Assembly (NCBI GenBank): GCA_964440965.1
Contig: CAYYKQ010000001.1
Span: forward strand, 1-60,987
DNA from: an uncultured Anaerolineae bacterium
GTDB taxonomy: Bacteria; Chloroflexota; Anaerolineae; CAYYKQ01
Direction of reading: 5' to 3'
DNA: 60,987 bases
The notes under the pieces were generated by a model. That model ran no database searches and was not told where the DNA came from. It saw only the letters and a program-made list of their open reading frames with translations. Both the position numbers and the translations under genes were made by a program. Positions within the stretch are counted from its first letter, which is position 1, and each line of letters starts with the position of its first letter. This document shows, piece after piece, positions 37,401 to 46,700 of the stretch.

Positions 37401-38078
37401 ATGGAGCTTCGTCAGTATTGGAGGATTATTCGTAGAAAGCTTTGGATCATCGTCCTCTTGGAGGCCATCGTCCTTGGGGCGAGCCTGGCCTTCCATCCCC
37501 GTCACCCTGCCCTGTTCCAGGCCTCCATGCGCTTCAACGTGAGCATTGAGCCGGAGGCCGAGGGCAACTACTACTCCTACGACCGTTACTACGCTTGGCT
37601 GACCTCCGAATACCTCATTGATGACCTCACCGAGGTAGTGAAGAGCGAGGCCTTCGCCGATGCAGTCAGCCAGGAGCTGGGCGACATCAAGCTTAGGGCA
37701 GGGGTCATCGCGGCCGAGAGGAAACACCGCATCATGACCGTGCGCATCGTCTGGGGGGATGAGGAGGAGCTGAGGAGGATCGCCGAGGCGACGGTTAAAG
37801 TGATCCAGGAGAGGAGCGGCGATTTCTTCGGCCAGTTAGGCAATAAAGGGGCAGACATCCGACTCATCGATCCCCCCTCTATCGCCCCGGCGCCTAAGAG
37901 CCTGAGGGAGAGGTTAGACCTGCCCATCCGCCTCCTCCTGGCCTTCCTGGCCGGGGTGGCCTTAGCTTTCCTCCTGGACTACCTGGACGACACCGTGCGC
38001 GACAGAGCCGATCTGGAGGCCATGGGGATAGAGGTCCTGGGGGAGATCCCCTCGGCCAGGAGAAGGTGGTTCGGATGA
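37401..38078 (+). CDS. Wzz/YveK-like polysaccharide chain-length determinant (PCP), copy 1
   Basis: MELRQYWRIIRRKLWIIVLL (N-terminal TM), a periplasmic-type middle region, and a C-terminal TM LLLAFLAGVALAFLLDYLDD. Confidence 0.7.
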   Translation: MELRQYWRIIRRKLWIIVLLEAIVLGASLAFHPRHPALFQASMRFNVSIEPEAEGNYYSYDRYYAWLTSEYLIDDLTEVVKSEAFADAVSQELGDIKLRAGVIAAERKHRIMTVRIVWGDEEELRRIAEATVKVIQERSGDFFGQLGNKGADIRLIDPPSIAPAPKSLRERLDLPIRLLLAFLAGVALAFLLDYLDDTVRDRADLEAMGIEVLGEIPSARRRWFG

Positions 38079-38143
38079 GGGCTGCTTTGCCCAAAGGCGA
38101 GGGATATGGTAGAATGGAATTGATTTAACCAGGGGGCGATCGA

Positions 38144-40684
38144 ATGGAACTCCGTCCACCATGCAGCAGAGGGATAGGAGCGGGGTGCCTTGCTCCGTTC
38201 GTTCTCATCGTAACCCTGACGCTGATGTCGAGCGTCTCAAACGCTCTGCCCGGACGCCCGGGGTCGTGTGCGATCCGAGATCCGGCGAGCGACCAGCGGA
38301 ACATCCGATTGCTCAGCCAAATCGGGGGCACGCTTAACGACGTCGTGATCCAGGGAGATTACGTCTATCTGGCCATAGGCCCACGGGTGGTTGTCTTGGA
38401 CGTGTCCGATCCAGCTCACCCGGCCGTCGTCGGACGGACGGATGCGCTGCGCGGCAATGTGAGCGCTATTGCCATCCAAAATAGCTACGCCTATGTTACC
38501 GCTGGAAATGCACTGTACATCTTCAGCATAACGGTCCTCACCTGCCCCCTCAGAGTTATCCTGACCCAATCCGGCGTTTTTGAGTTCGTCGCATATGACG
38601 GACCTGCTTTTCACGCCATGGATGTAGCGGTGGAGGGCGATCACGCCTACGTCATCTTTGCCCGTGGCACCATTTTTGAGGGTGAGAGCTACCTGAAGGT
38701 TATAGATATCAGCACCCCGGACGCCCCTACCGAGGTCGGTGAACTTTATAGACGCCACCTTGCCCAGGCTGTGGCTGCGGCGGGCGATTACGTTTACGTG
38801 GCCTTTTGGGGCGCCCTGACCGCCATCGACGTCTCCAACCCCGAATTCCCTTCCGAGGTGGGCTCCTGTTCAGAGGTGGATAGCGGCCAAGATTTGGTCG
38901 TAGTCGGCAACTACGCTTACGTGGCCAACTGGGCTGTCGATGAGTTTCGCATCGTCAACGTCGGTGATCCTGCCAATCCACAGCAGGTGGGCTCCTACCA
39001 CACCAGGGGAACCGCTTACGGGTTAGCAGTGGCCTATCCTTATGCCTACGTCACCGATACGGAAGGTGGACTGCGCATCCTGGATATCGCTGATCCCTCC
39101 AATCCCACCGAGGTGGGATTCTACGACTTGTCCGATGACCCGCATGGTGAACACCTGGCGGCCTTCGATGTAGCTGTTGCAGGGGACACAGCTTATGTGG
39201 TGATAGATAGAAATAGCCTGCATATCGTGGATATCACCTACCATGCTAATCCGAGCAAAATCGCCTCTTACGAAAGTCCCGTCGCCGACCCCACCAGCGT
39301 CAGGGTAGTCGGCAGCTATGCCTATGTTACTGACTACAACCGCGGACTGTATATCCTGAATGTTGCCAACCCAAGCGACCCGCAGGTGGTCGGGCTGTGG
39401 GACAAGAACGACCCCTGGATGTGGCCGATAGATGTGGATGTGGCGGGAGATTACGCCTATGTGCTCGACGATTCTGAATTGCACATCATCGATGTCTCCA
39501 ATCCGGCATCCCCCTTTGAAGTGGGCAGCTATGAGGACCCGTCGGGTGGGTTCACCCATATCGCTGTGGCGGGGAATTACGCCTATGTGACGGCGGAGTG
39601 GAAGGGGTTATTGGTGTTTGATGTCTCCAACCCGGCCGTTCCAACGCTGGTCACCAGCTCGCCCTATAACTTTGACGGCCATCCCTTTGGGCTGTCGCGT
39701 CCCACTGTGCTGGGGACCAGCCTCTACACCACCTGTGGCTATGATTTTTGCGTCGTCAATGTCGCCGACCCCGCTAATCCAGAGCTGGTGAGCTGCAAGG
39801 ACATCCCAGGATACGCCCAGGATGCAGTGGTCGCCAGCTATCCCTTCTCCGATTTCTATGCCTACGTAGCCGAATCTCCCATCTCGCAGGGTTATCAGTA
39901 CCAGTATGGTGGGCTGCGCATTCTATCTCTGACGGACCTATCCGAAGTGGGCTATTATCCCACGCCCAGGTCCCCATATAGCGACCGCGCGCCAGCTCTA
40001 GTGGCGGTAGCAGGTTATGAAGCCTATATGGTGGAAGAGGAGTGGAGTGAGAGAACCATGTGGGAGTGGGAATATACCCTACGGTTGGTGGACCTTCATG
40101 ATTTGTCTAACCCCACCGGGGCGGGCTTCTTCGAGCTGCCTGGGAGAGTGGACAATCTGGCGGTGGCCGGCAGTTACGCGTACGTTCCTGTGCGGGACAG
40201 CGGGCTGATGGTCTTCCGCTATGTCCCCAGCATATCAGCGTCCATTCCCCCTTCTGGTGGCAACCTGGCATCGAATTTTGATAACACCAGTTACACCTTT
40301 GCAGCGGGCACTTTCACCCACACGACGACGGTCACGCACGCCTACCTGCTTGCCGAGGATACACCCTCCACAGGCAACCTGGTGGGGATTCAGCATGCCT
40401 ACCAGGTCTCAGCAGTGGATGACGTGACCGGCCAGCCAGTGGAACCTAACCTACCTTACACCATCACCATCCAATACACCGATGCCGAGAAGGGCCCAGC
40501 CATCGAGGAGACGCTGGCGTTATACCGCTGGGACGGCTTGCAGTGGGTGGAAGAGCCCACCAGCCGGGTGGATACGGTCAACAACACCGTCACCGCCGCC
40601 CCCAATCGCTTCTCCACCTGGGCGGTGTTGGGCGAAACCCATCGGGTGTTCCTGCCGATGGTGCTTAAGGACTGCTCACCATAA
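38144..40684 (+). CDS. LVIVD-repeat beta-propeller surface protein
   Basis: More than 10 repeats of the type GNYAYVA...GLRILDIADPSNPTEVG. Signal-like N-terminus. C-terminus RVFLPMVLKDCSP. Confidence 0.75.
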   Translation: MELRPPCSRGIGAGCLAPFVLIVTLTLMSSVSNALPGRPGSCAIRDPASDQRNIRLLSQIGGTLNDVVIQGDYVYLAIGPRVVVLDVSDPAHPAVVGRTDALRGNVSAIAIQNSYAYVTAGNALYIFSITVLTCPLRVILTQSGVFEFVAYDGPAFHAMDVAVEGDHAYVIFARGTIFEGESYLKVIDISTPDAPTEVGELYRRHLAQAVAAAGDYVYVAFWGALTAIDVSNPEFPSEVGSCSEVDSGQDLVVVGNYAYVANWAVDEFRIVNVGDPANPQQVGSYHTRGTAYGLAVAYPYAYVTDTEGGLRILDIADPSNPTEVGFYDLSDDPHGEHLAAFDVAVAGDTAYVVIDRNSLHIVDITYHANPSKIASYESPVADPTSVRVVGSYAYVTDYNRGLYILNVANPSDPQVVGLWDKNDPWMWPIDVDVAGDYAYVLDDSELHIIDVSNPASPFEVGSYEDPSGGFTHIAVAGNYAYVTAEWKGLLVFDVSNPAVPTLVTSSPYNFDGHPFGLSRPTVLGTSLYTTCGYDFCVVNVADPANPELVSCKDIPGYAQDAVVASYPFSDFYAYVAESPISQGYQYQYGGLRILSLTDLSEVGYYPTPRSPYSDRAPALVAVAGYEAYMVEEEWSERTMWEWEYTLRLVDLHDLSNPTGAGFFELPGRVDNLAVAGSYAYVPVRDSGLMVFRYVPSISASIPPSGGNLASNFDNTSYTFAAGTFTHTTTVTHAYLLAEDTPSTGNLVGIQHAYQVSAVDDVTGQPVEPNLPYTITIQYTDAEKGPAIEETLALYRWDGLQWVEEPTSRVDTVNNTVTAAPNRFSTWAVLGETHRVFLPMVLKDCSP

Positions 40685-40769
40685 ACTCCAAGGCCGTGCT
40701 ACCATATCGGGCGTGAGAGAGGGCAGATGCTTAGGGAAAACAAGGGAGTCGAAGATCGAGGAGGAGGAT

Positions 40770-41570
40770 ATGAGGCTAAGGGATTATCTTAAACTGGCAC
40801 GTAAGAGGGGCTGGATCATCGTCTTAGTGGCTTTAGTGGCCGCTGTAAGCGCCTATGGCTTCAGCAAAGTGCAGATACCGGTGTATCAGGCGAGGATCAG
40901 GTTGAGCGTCAACCCTGCGAGGGCTGATTGGGGGCTCAGCAACACTGTCAAGGACCTGCTTCGCAACTATGCGGTGAACATCCGCACCCACAAAATGGCC
41001 CAGGAGGTCATAGACCGGGCTCAATTGGACATGACCACCGATGACCTCCTCAGGAAGCTCTTCGTCAGCTCCGAGCCTTCCACCTTCACCCTTCAGATCG
41101 TGGCCAGGGATAGGGATCCGGTGGTAGCCAAGCAGATCGCGCAGACCATGGCCGAGGTCTTCGTTGAGGACAGGGACAGTTGGAATCAGAAGCAGGACAA
41201 GCGGGACCGCATCGAGGTGAAGATCCTGGACGACGTTCGCTATGCCGAGATATTCTCGCCTAAGACGAAGGTAAACACGCTGGCCGGGGCCCTCTTCGGC
41301 GCCTTGCTGGGCGGGCTGATCGTCTTCTTCCTGGAATGGCTGGAATCGGACATTGTGCGCACTGTAGAGGATGTGGAGCGCCTTATCGGCGTGACGGTGT
41401 TGGGCACCATCCCGGCCATGTCTGAGGCCAACCCCTTAGGGACGGTCAAGGGGAGGCGCCGCTGGTCGCTCCTCTTCCATAGCGGTCCCAGCCTGGGCAC
41501 CATCCTGGTGTTCATCGCGGGCCTCCTGGTCGGGGCGGGGATAGCGAGCCTGGCCCTTAGGTTGCTGTAA
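40770..41570 (+). CDS. Wzz/YveK-like chain-length determinant (PCP), copy 2
   Basis: MRLRDYLKLARKRGWIIVLVALVAAV and a C-terminal TM. SD gaggagga precedes the ATG at 40770. The tracked extension overlaps the LVIVD gene. Confidence 0.72.
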   Translation: MRLRDYLKLARKRGWIIVLVALVAAVSAYGFSKVQIPVYQARIRLSVNPARADWGLSNTVKDLLRNYAVNIRTHKMAQEVIDRAQLDMTTDDLLRKLFVSSEPSTFTLQIVARDRDPVVAKQIAQTMAEVFVEDRDSWNQKQDKRDRIEVKILDDVRYAEIFSPKTKVNTLAGALFGALLGGLIVFFLEWLESDIVRTVEDVERLIGVTVLGTIPAMSEANPLGTVKGRRRWSLLFHSGPSLGTILVFIAGLLVGAGIASLALRLL

Positions 41571-41580
41571 GGAGGTGGAC

Positions 41581-42249
41581 ATGCCTGAACCTCTGATCAC
41601 CATAACCGACCCCCTTTCGCCCATCAGCGAAGCCTTTCGCACCCTACGCACCAACCTGGAGTTCTCCAGCTTAGACAAACCCATCAGGACCATGCTGGTC
41701 ACCTCGGCTGGCCCTGAGGAGGGCAAATCCACCACCTTAGCCAATCTGGCCGTCACCATAGCCCAGGGTGGGAAGAAGGTCATTCTGGTGGACTGCGATC
41801 TCAGGCGCCCTGTCCTGCATCAGATATTCGGAGTGAGCAACGGGGTAGGACTGACCACCATGATGGTCGATGAGGAGGCCATGAAGAATCCCCCCCTGCA
41901 GGAGACCGACCTCCCTAACCTGTGGCTCCTGCCGAGCGGTCCCCTCCCACCCAATCCCTCGGAGCTCCTGGGCTCGCACCGCATGGAGGAGATCATCGAG
42001 GTGCTGCTCGCGCGCTCAGACATGGTCCTCTTCGATGCCCCGCCCGTTATAGCTGTGACCGATGCCGCTGTGCTGGCCTCCAAAGTGGACGGGGTGCTGC
42101 TGGTCATCAAGGCTGGAGGGACAAGGCGGGACCATGTCCAACGCGCCAAGGACCGCTTGGAGAAGGTCAATGCTCGCCTGGTGGGAGCGGTCCTCAACAA
42201 CGTCCCCTTAGAGGTCGGCTTGCATCGCTATTATTCCAAACGGGCTTAG
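41581..42249 (+). CDS. BY-kinase (CpsD/CapB-family tyrosine-protein kinase)
   Basis: Walker A SAGPEEGKST, Walker A' ILVDCDLRRP, Walker B MVLFDAPP. A start at GTG 41575 is also possible. Confidence 0.85.
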   Translation: MPEPLITITDPLSPISEAFRTLRTNLEFSSLDKPIRTMLVTSAGPEEGKSTTLANLAVTIAQGGKKVILVDCDLRRPVLHQIFGVSNGVGLTTMMVDEEAMKNPPLQETDLPNLWLLPSGPLPPNPSELLGSHRMEEIIEVLLARSDMVLFDAPPVIAVTDAAVLASKVDGVLLVIKAGGTRRDHVQRAKDRLEKVNARLVGAVLNNVPLEVGLHRYYSKRA

Positions 42250-42271
42250 TTAGGAGAGTACAGGAGGTTTC

Positions 42272-42364
42272 ATGGGTTCCGTTAAGAAGTGGCGCAAGAA
42301 GAAGATGGCCAAACACCAGCATAAGAAGCGGTTGAAGAGGGACCGGCAGAAGAAGAAAAAGTAG
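42272..42364 (+). CDS. 30-aa lysine/arginine-rich small protein, bS22-like (AURKAIP1/COX24-type)
   Basis: MGSVKKWRKKKMAKHQHKKRLKRDRQKKKK. SD caggagg lies 6 nt upstream. It is too short for the ORF track and resembles actinobacterial bS22 (MGSVIKKRRKRM.KKKHRKLL...). Confidence 0.55.
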   Translation: MGSVKKWRKKKMAKHQHKKRLKRDRQKKKK

Positions 42365-42578
42365 TATGGATTACAAATCGAGGCCCACTGAGGTGGGGAA
42401 ATCGATCTCGGCGTTCCCGGCGATGTGGCCAAGGGAGCGCGCGTTGTTCATGTCCAGCGGAGGACGGCTAAAGCGGCATGATCCACTCCGGGGCAGGCCG
42501 AAGGGCAGTGCAAGCTGACACAGCGGCTTATCCCGGCGCTGCCAACGGTTCATCGATCGGAGCTAAGGAGGATAGGCT

Positions 42579-43655
42579 ATGAAAGCGTTGATTTTAAGCG
42601 GTGGCAAAGGGACCCGCCTTCGGCCCCTCACTTTCACCAGCGCCAAGCAGTTAGTGCCGGTGGCCAATCGCCCTGTACTATTTCGAGTGATCGATACCTT
42701 AGTCGAGGCGGGGATCACGGACATCGGGATCACAGTCAGCCAGGAAGCCCATGCCAGCGATGTGCAGGCAGCTGTGGGCGATGGTTCTCAATGGGGGATC
42801 AAGGTCACCTACATTCCCCAGCCGCCCTTGGGGTTAGCTCATGCGGTTAAAACCGCCCGAGAGCAGGGCTATCTGAAGGAGAACGACAGGTTTATCATGT
42901 TCCTGGGCGATAACCTCATCCAGGGGGGCATCGTCCCTTTGGTCGAGAGATTTAAGGAGAGCGATTGGAACGCCCAGATCGTCCTCAAGGAGGTGGACAA
43001 CCCCCACCAGTTCGGGGTAGCGGAGCTGAGGGATGGGCGGGTGGTGAGGTTGGTGGAGAAGCCCAAGGAACCGCCCAGTAATCTGGCCTTAGTAGGCATC
43101 TACATGTTCGACCACCATATCTTCGAGGCGGTCAATGCCATCAAGCCTTCCTGGCGGGGGGAGCTGGAGATAACCGACGCCATTCAATATCTGATCGACA
43201 AGGGCTACAAGGTCTACCCCTACATCCATAAGGGCTGGTGGATAGATACCGGGAAGATGGAGGACATGCTGGAGGCCAACAGGCTCATCTTAGAGACCAT
43301 CGAACCCAGGGTGGAGGGCACCGTCGATGCTGAATCCAAGCTCAACGGCAGGGTGATCATTGAGAAGGGCGCGGAGGTCATAGGGAGCACCGTGCGTGGC
43401 CCAGCCATCATCGGCGAGAGGACGCGGGTGGTCAACGCCTACATCGGCCCTTACACCTCCATCTACCACGATTGCCTGATCGCCGACTGCGAGATCGAAC
43501 ACTCCATCCTCATGGAGAACTGCAAGGTGATGGATATCCCCTACCGCATCGAGGAGAGCCTGATAGGACGCAACGTGGAGATCATCCGCTCCCCCATCAA
43601 GCCCAGAGCCTACAAGATGATGCTGGGGGATCACAGCAAGGTGGGGATACTTTAG
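42579..43655 (+). CDS. Sugar-1-phosphate nucleotidyltransferase, long form with LbH C-terminus (glucose-1-P thymidylyltransferase-like)
   Basis: LILSGGKGTRLRPLT, LGDN and EKP, followed by hexapeptide-repeat-like C-terminal third. Confidence 0.86.
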   Translation: MKALILSGGKGTRLRPLTFTSAKQLVPVANRPVLFRVIDTLVEAGITDIGITVSQEAHASDVQAAVGDGSQWGIKVTYIPQPPLGLAHAVKTAREQGYLKENDRFIMFLGDNLIQGGIVPLVERFKESDWNAQIVLKEVDNPHQFGVAELRDGRVVRLVEKPKEPPSNLALVGIYMFDHHIFEAVNAIKPSWRGELEITDAIQYLIDKGYKVYPYIHKGWWIDTGKMEDMLEANRLILETIEPRVEGTVDAESKLNGRVIIEKGAEVIGSTVRGPAIIGERTRVVNAYIGPYTSIYHDCLIADCEIEHSILMENCKVMDIPYRIEESLIGRNVEIIRSPIKPRAYKMMLGDHSKVGIL

Positions 43656-43741
43656 GCAATGGGCTCGCCGCCCTCCTTTGGATTTCGGAAATCTCCAAAA
43701 TCTAAAGGGAACCGACGGATAGACTCAGGGGCTGTGACTGA

Positions 43742-43780
43742 GCGAGGGATCGGCCTCCGTCAGGGGTCTCGATCCCTCGC
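43742..43780 (+). other. Perfect 11-bp-stem hairpin between the nucleotidyltransferase gene and the giant gene
   Basis: gcgagggatcg-(17 nt)-cgatccctcgc. This argues that 43659-43793 is leader rather than coding sequence. Confidence 0.55.
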
Positions 43781-43793
43781 AGGGTACGATCGA

Positions 43794-46700
43794 ATGAAAA
43801 GCTGTGGAATCGATCTGAAGCAATGGGTTCCCCTGCTGATCCTGGGACTATTGGTTACTGCGGCGCTGCTTCCGGCCTTCGCCATGGATGGCGACCGCCC
43901 CACGGTGGTGAGCAGTTGGCTCACCATCACACCCTCAATTGACGGTGTGATTGCAGGTGGGGAATGGGAGGACGCCACATTTGTTGACATCAGCTCAGGC
44001 GGCAGGGAGGCCTACGCCTACTTTAAGAACGATGGAGATTGGCTCTACGTGGCCATTGATGCCGTGTTTGATGAGGCGTACGAGGGCGATCCTTACTCCT
44101 GGTGGGACGAGGTGAGGATCACCTTCGACGCGGGCAACGATGGCAATCTGCTGTCCGACTGGCTCGTCAAGTTTGGAGCCCCGGCGGCGAAGGGAGTGGC
44201 GGAGCTATTGTCACCATGGGGCATCTGTCATCACATGGTGGTGGAGAGCGGGTTAGGCGCCGTCAACGATGCGGCCGGGAATGTCCAATATGAACTGAAG
44301 ATACCCCTCCATGTGGATGAGCCTGGCCTAGAAGGCCCTCTGGTGGGCAACCCAGGGGAGTCGGCCGGCATGGTAATTGATGTGGCAGATCACTGTGCAT
44401 TTGGCGGGTGCCAGAATCGGCTGTTGTATCCTGCTGATGCACAGATACCGATGTACTACGAATTCGACTGCATAGATGGCCCGGATCCCATCGTCCAGAC
44501 CTGGGCTGTTTTGCAGGTAGGTTCGCCTGAATGTTGCCCATGCGAATTAACCACTCGGGACATAACCGCGGAATTAGGATACCCTAACCCTGCCCGCCAC
44601 ACAGACATCATTGTAAAATTCTCTGCTGCATGCAGCGATACCGTCTGCGGGTTGGTTGCTGGATGCTCGTATCCCTGGGTGCACATCAAAGGGTGTGGAA
44701 TACATGGTATTGACTATTACGTGCTGGCACACAATCCGGACCCATACTATGAATTATCGGGCTATGTTGGGGACTATGTCAGGCTGACCGGCGTTGTCAT
44801 CGAGGGCTATGGCATTCTGGGTGACCCTTTTATCAGCGGGTATGACTCCATTGAGCGGATCTCCAACTGTTCCGATTGCGAACGCGAGTATTGCGATCCA
44901 GCATCCTTTACCGTCTTGCTGCATGAGCCGCCTGATACCACAACAGACATAACGAGCGATTTCTACCGGTATACCAAAGGCATCTATAGAGCGACTGTGC
45001 TAGCTGGAGAGCCCGGAACAAAAACAATAGAGGTGAGCGCACCAGACTGCCCGGCAATTGAAAGGGAATTGCACCTGGTTGGCGGCACCGTCTGCGGACA
45101 GGTTGACTGGGGAATCGAGTGGGCATCCATCCAAGGCTGCGACGATGTTGTGTATTATGTAAGTACCGATGGATATGGACTGCACGATAGGCTCGAAGAT
45201 TACGATGGCGAGTGGGTATTACTAAGTTCAGTCGTCTTCGAGGGCTATGTTGATGCCAATACTCCCCTCATTTCTAATTGCGACGACATCCTAGAAATCT
45301 CTGATTGTTCAGAGTGTTACAGCGATAAATTCATTGATGATTGCACAGAGATAGACTCTCCAGGGTACTATAAACTAACCTATGACATACACGAGAGCGC
45401 AGCCCAGGAATGCATAAAGATAACAGCCAGCGATGTGACCTTTGATGGCAATGGCCACTACATAAGCGCTGCTGAGATCATAGATGGGCTTGAGGACAGG
45501 TGTGCTATCTGCGTCGGTGGCTCGGGCACACTGAGCAATGTTATCGTTAAAAACGTCAGTATTCCGGGAGATTGGGATATCGGCATACGCTTTTCCGGGG
45601 TCGAAAATGGCAGAATAGAGGGTAACAGCCTTTGGAGGAACAAGGACTACGGAATCCTCCTCATCAATTCCAGCGGCATCGCCGTCGTGAACAATGACCT
45701 TGGTTACAACCTGGACGGGATCTTCCTCATGGACTCCGATGGCAACACGATCACCGACAACACCGCTCAGGGCCACTACAGCGGGATTGGACTGGTCCGA
45801 TCGAGCGGCAACGAACTCTTAAACAACACCGCTTCGATGAATTACCTGGGGGTAGACCTCTATCAGGAGTCTAACAACAACCTGATTTTAAGCAACACCG
45901 TAGAACTTAACCTCAACCAGGGTTTATATATCGGCAGCGATTGTACAGGCAACACGATAAGCCAGAATTTTGTCTGCTCCAACGATCAGTCAAGCCAGGG
46001 CTACGCTGATATTCATGCTGAGGTTCTGGATGTAAATTCTGGCACCGAAAACACCTGTGATAACACCTATAACTGGGATGACATCGGCACTACCGGATGC
46101 ACACATTGGTGTGATGACTGGGACAAGGACGGGATAAGTGACAGTGAGGACAACTGCCCGTATGATCCTAATCCGGATCAAAGCGATATGGATGGAGATG
46201 GGATAGGTGATGTCTGTGACTCCGATAAGGACGGCGATGGGGTTCCCAACGAGGACGATAATTGCCCTGAGGTTCCCAATCCAGGTCAAGGTGATATGGA
46301 CGGAGATGGAGTAGGGGATGTCTGCGACCCCGATAAGGATGGTGACGGGGTCCCTAACGAGGATGACAATTGCCCTGAGGTTAGCAATCCGGATCAGAGC
46401 GATCAAGACGGAGATGGGATAGGGGATGCCTGCGAACTTGAGCTGATAGGTCTGGAGGTAACCCAAGGCATCCAGAACCTAAGAAACAGCGTTACGCTGA
46501 TCGAAGGCAAACCCACTTATGTGCGTGCTTACGTCCGGAGCAATTCGGGCACGGTGCAGTATGTGACAGCCCATCTGATCGGCAGGCGCAACGGCGCTCC
46601 ACTTCCGGGCTCACCACTGAGCCCCGACAATATTGGGATGAGCGTTCATGTAAAACAAAACCCCAAGCGCGCCCAACTGAACGACAGTTTCTATTTCCGG

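Noticed and set aside
42365-42578. 214-nt GC-rich leader upstream of the nucleotidyltransferase gene, considered as a riboswitch or small RNA.
   Set aside because: I could not match it by eye to any riboswitch class I know, including cobalamin, TPP, c-di-GMP, fluoride and ZTP. A covariance-model scan (Rfam with cmscan) would be needed, so no claim is made.
43659-43793. The 45 N-terminal codons of the tracked giant ORF.
   Set aside because: The peptide is basic, with no signal character. The segment contains a perfect 11-bp-stem hairpin. A proper signal peptide begins at the ATG at 43794.
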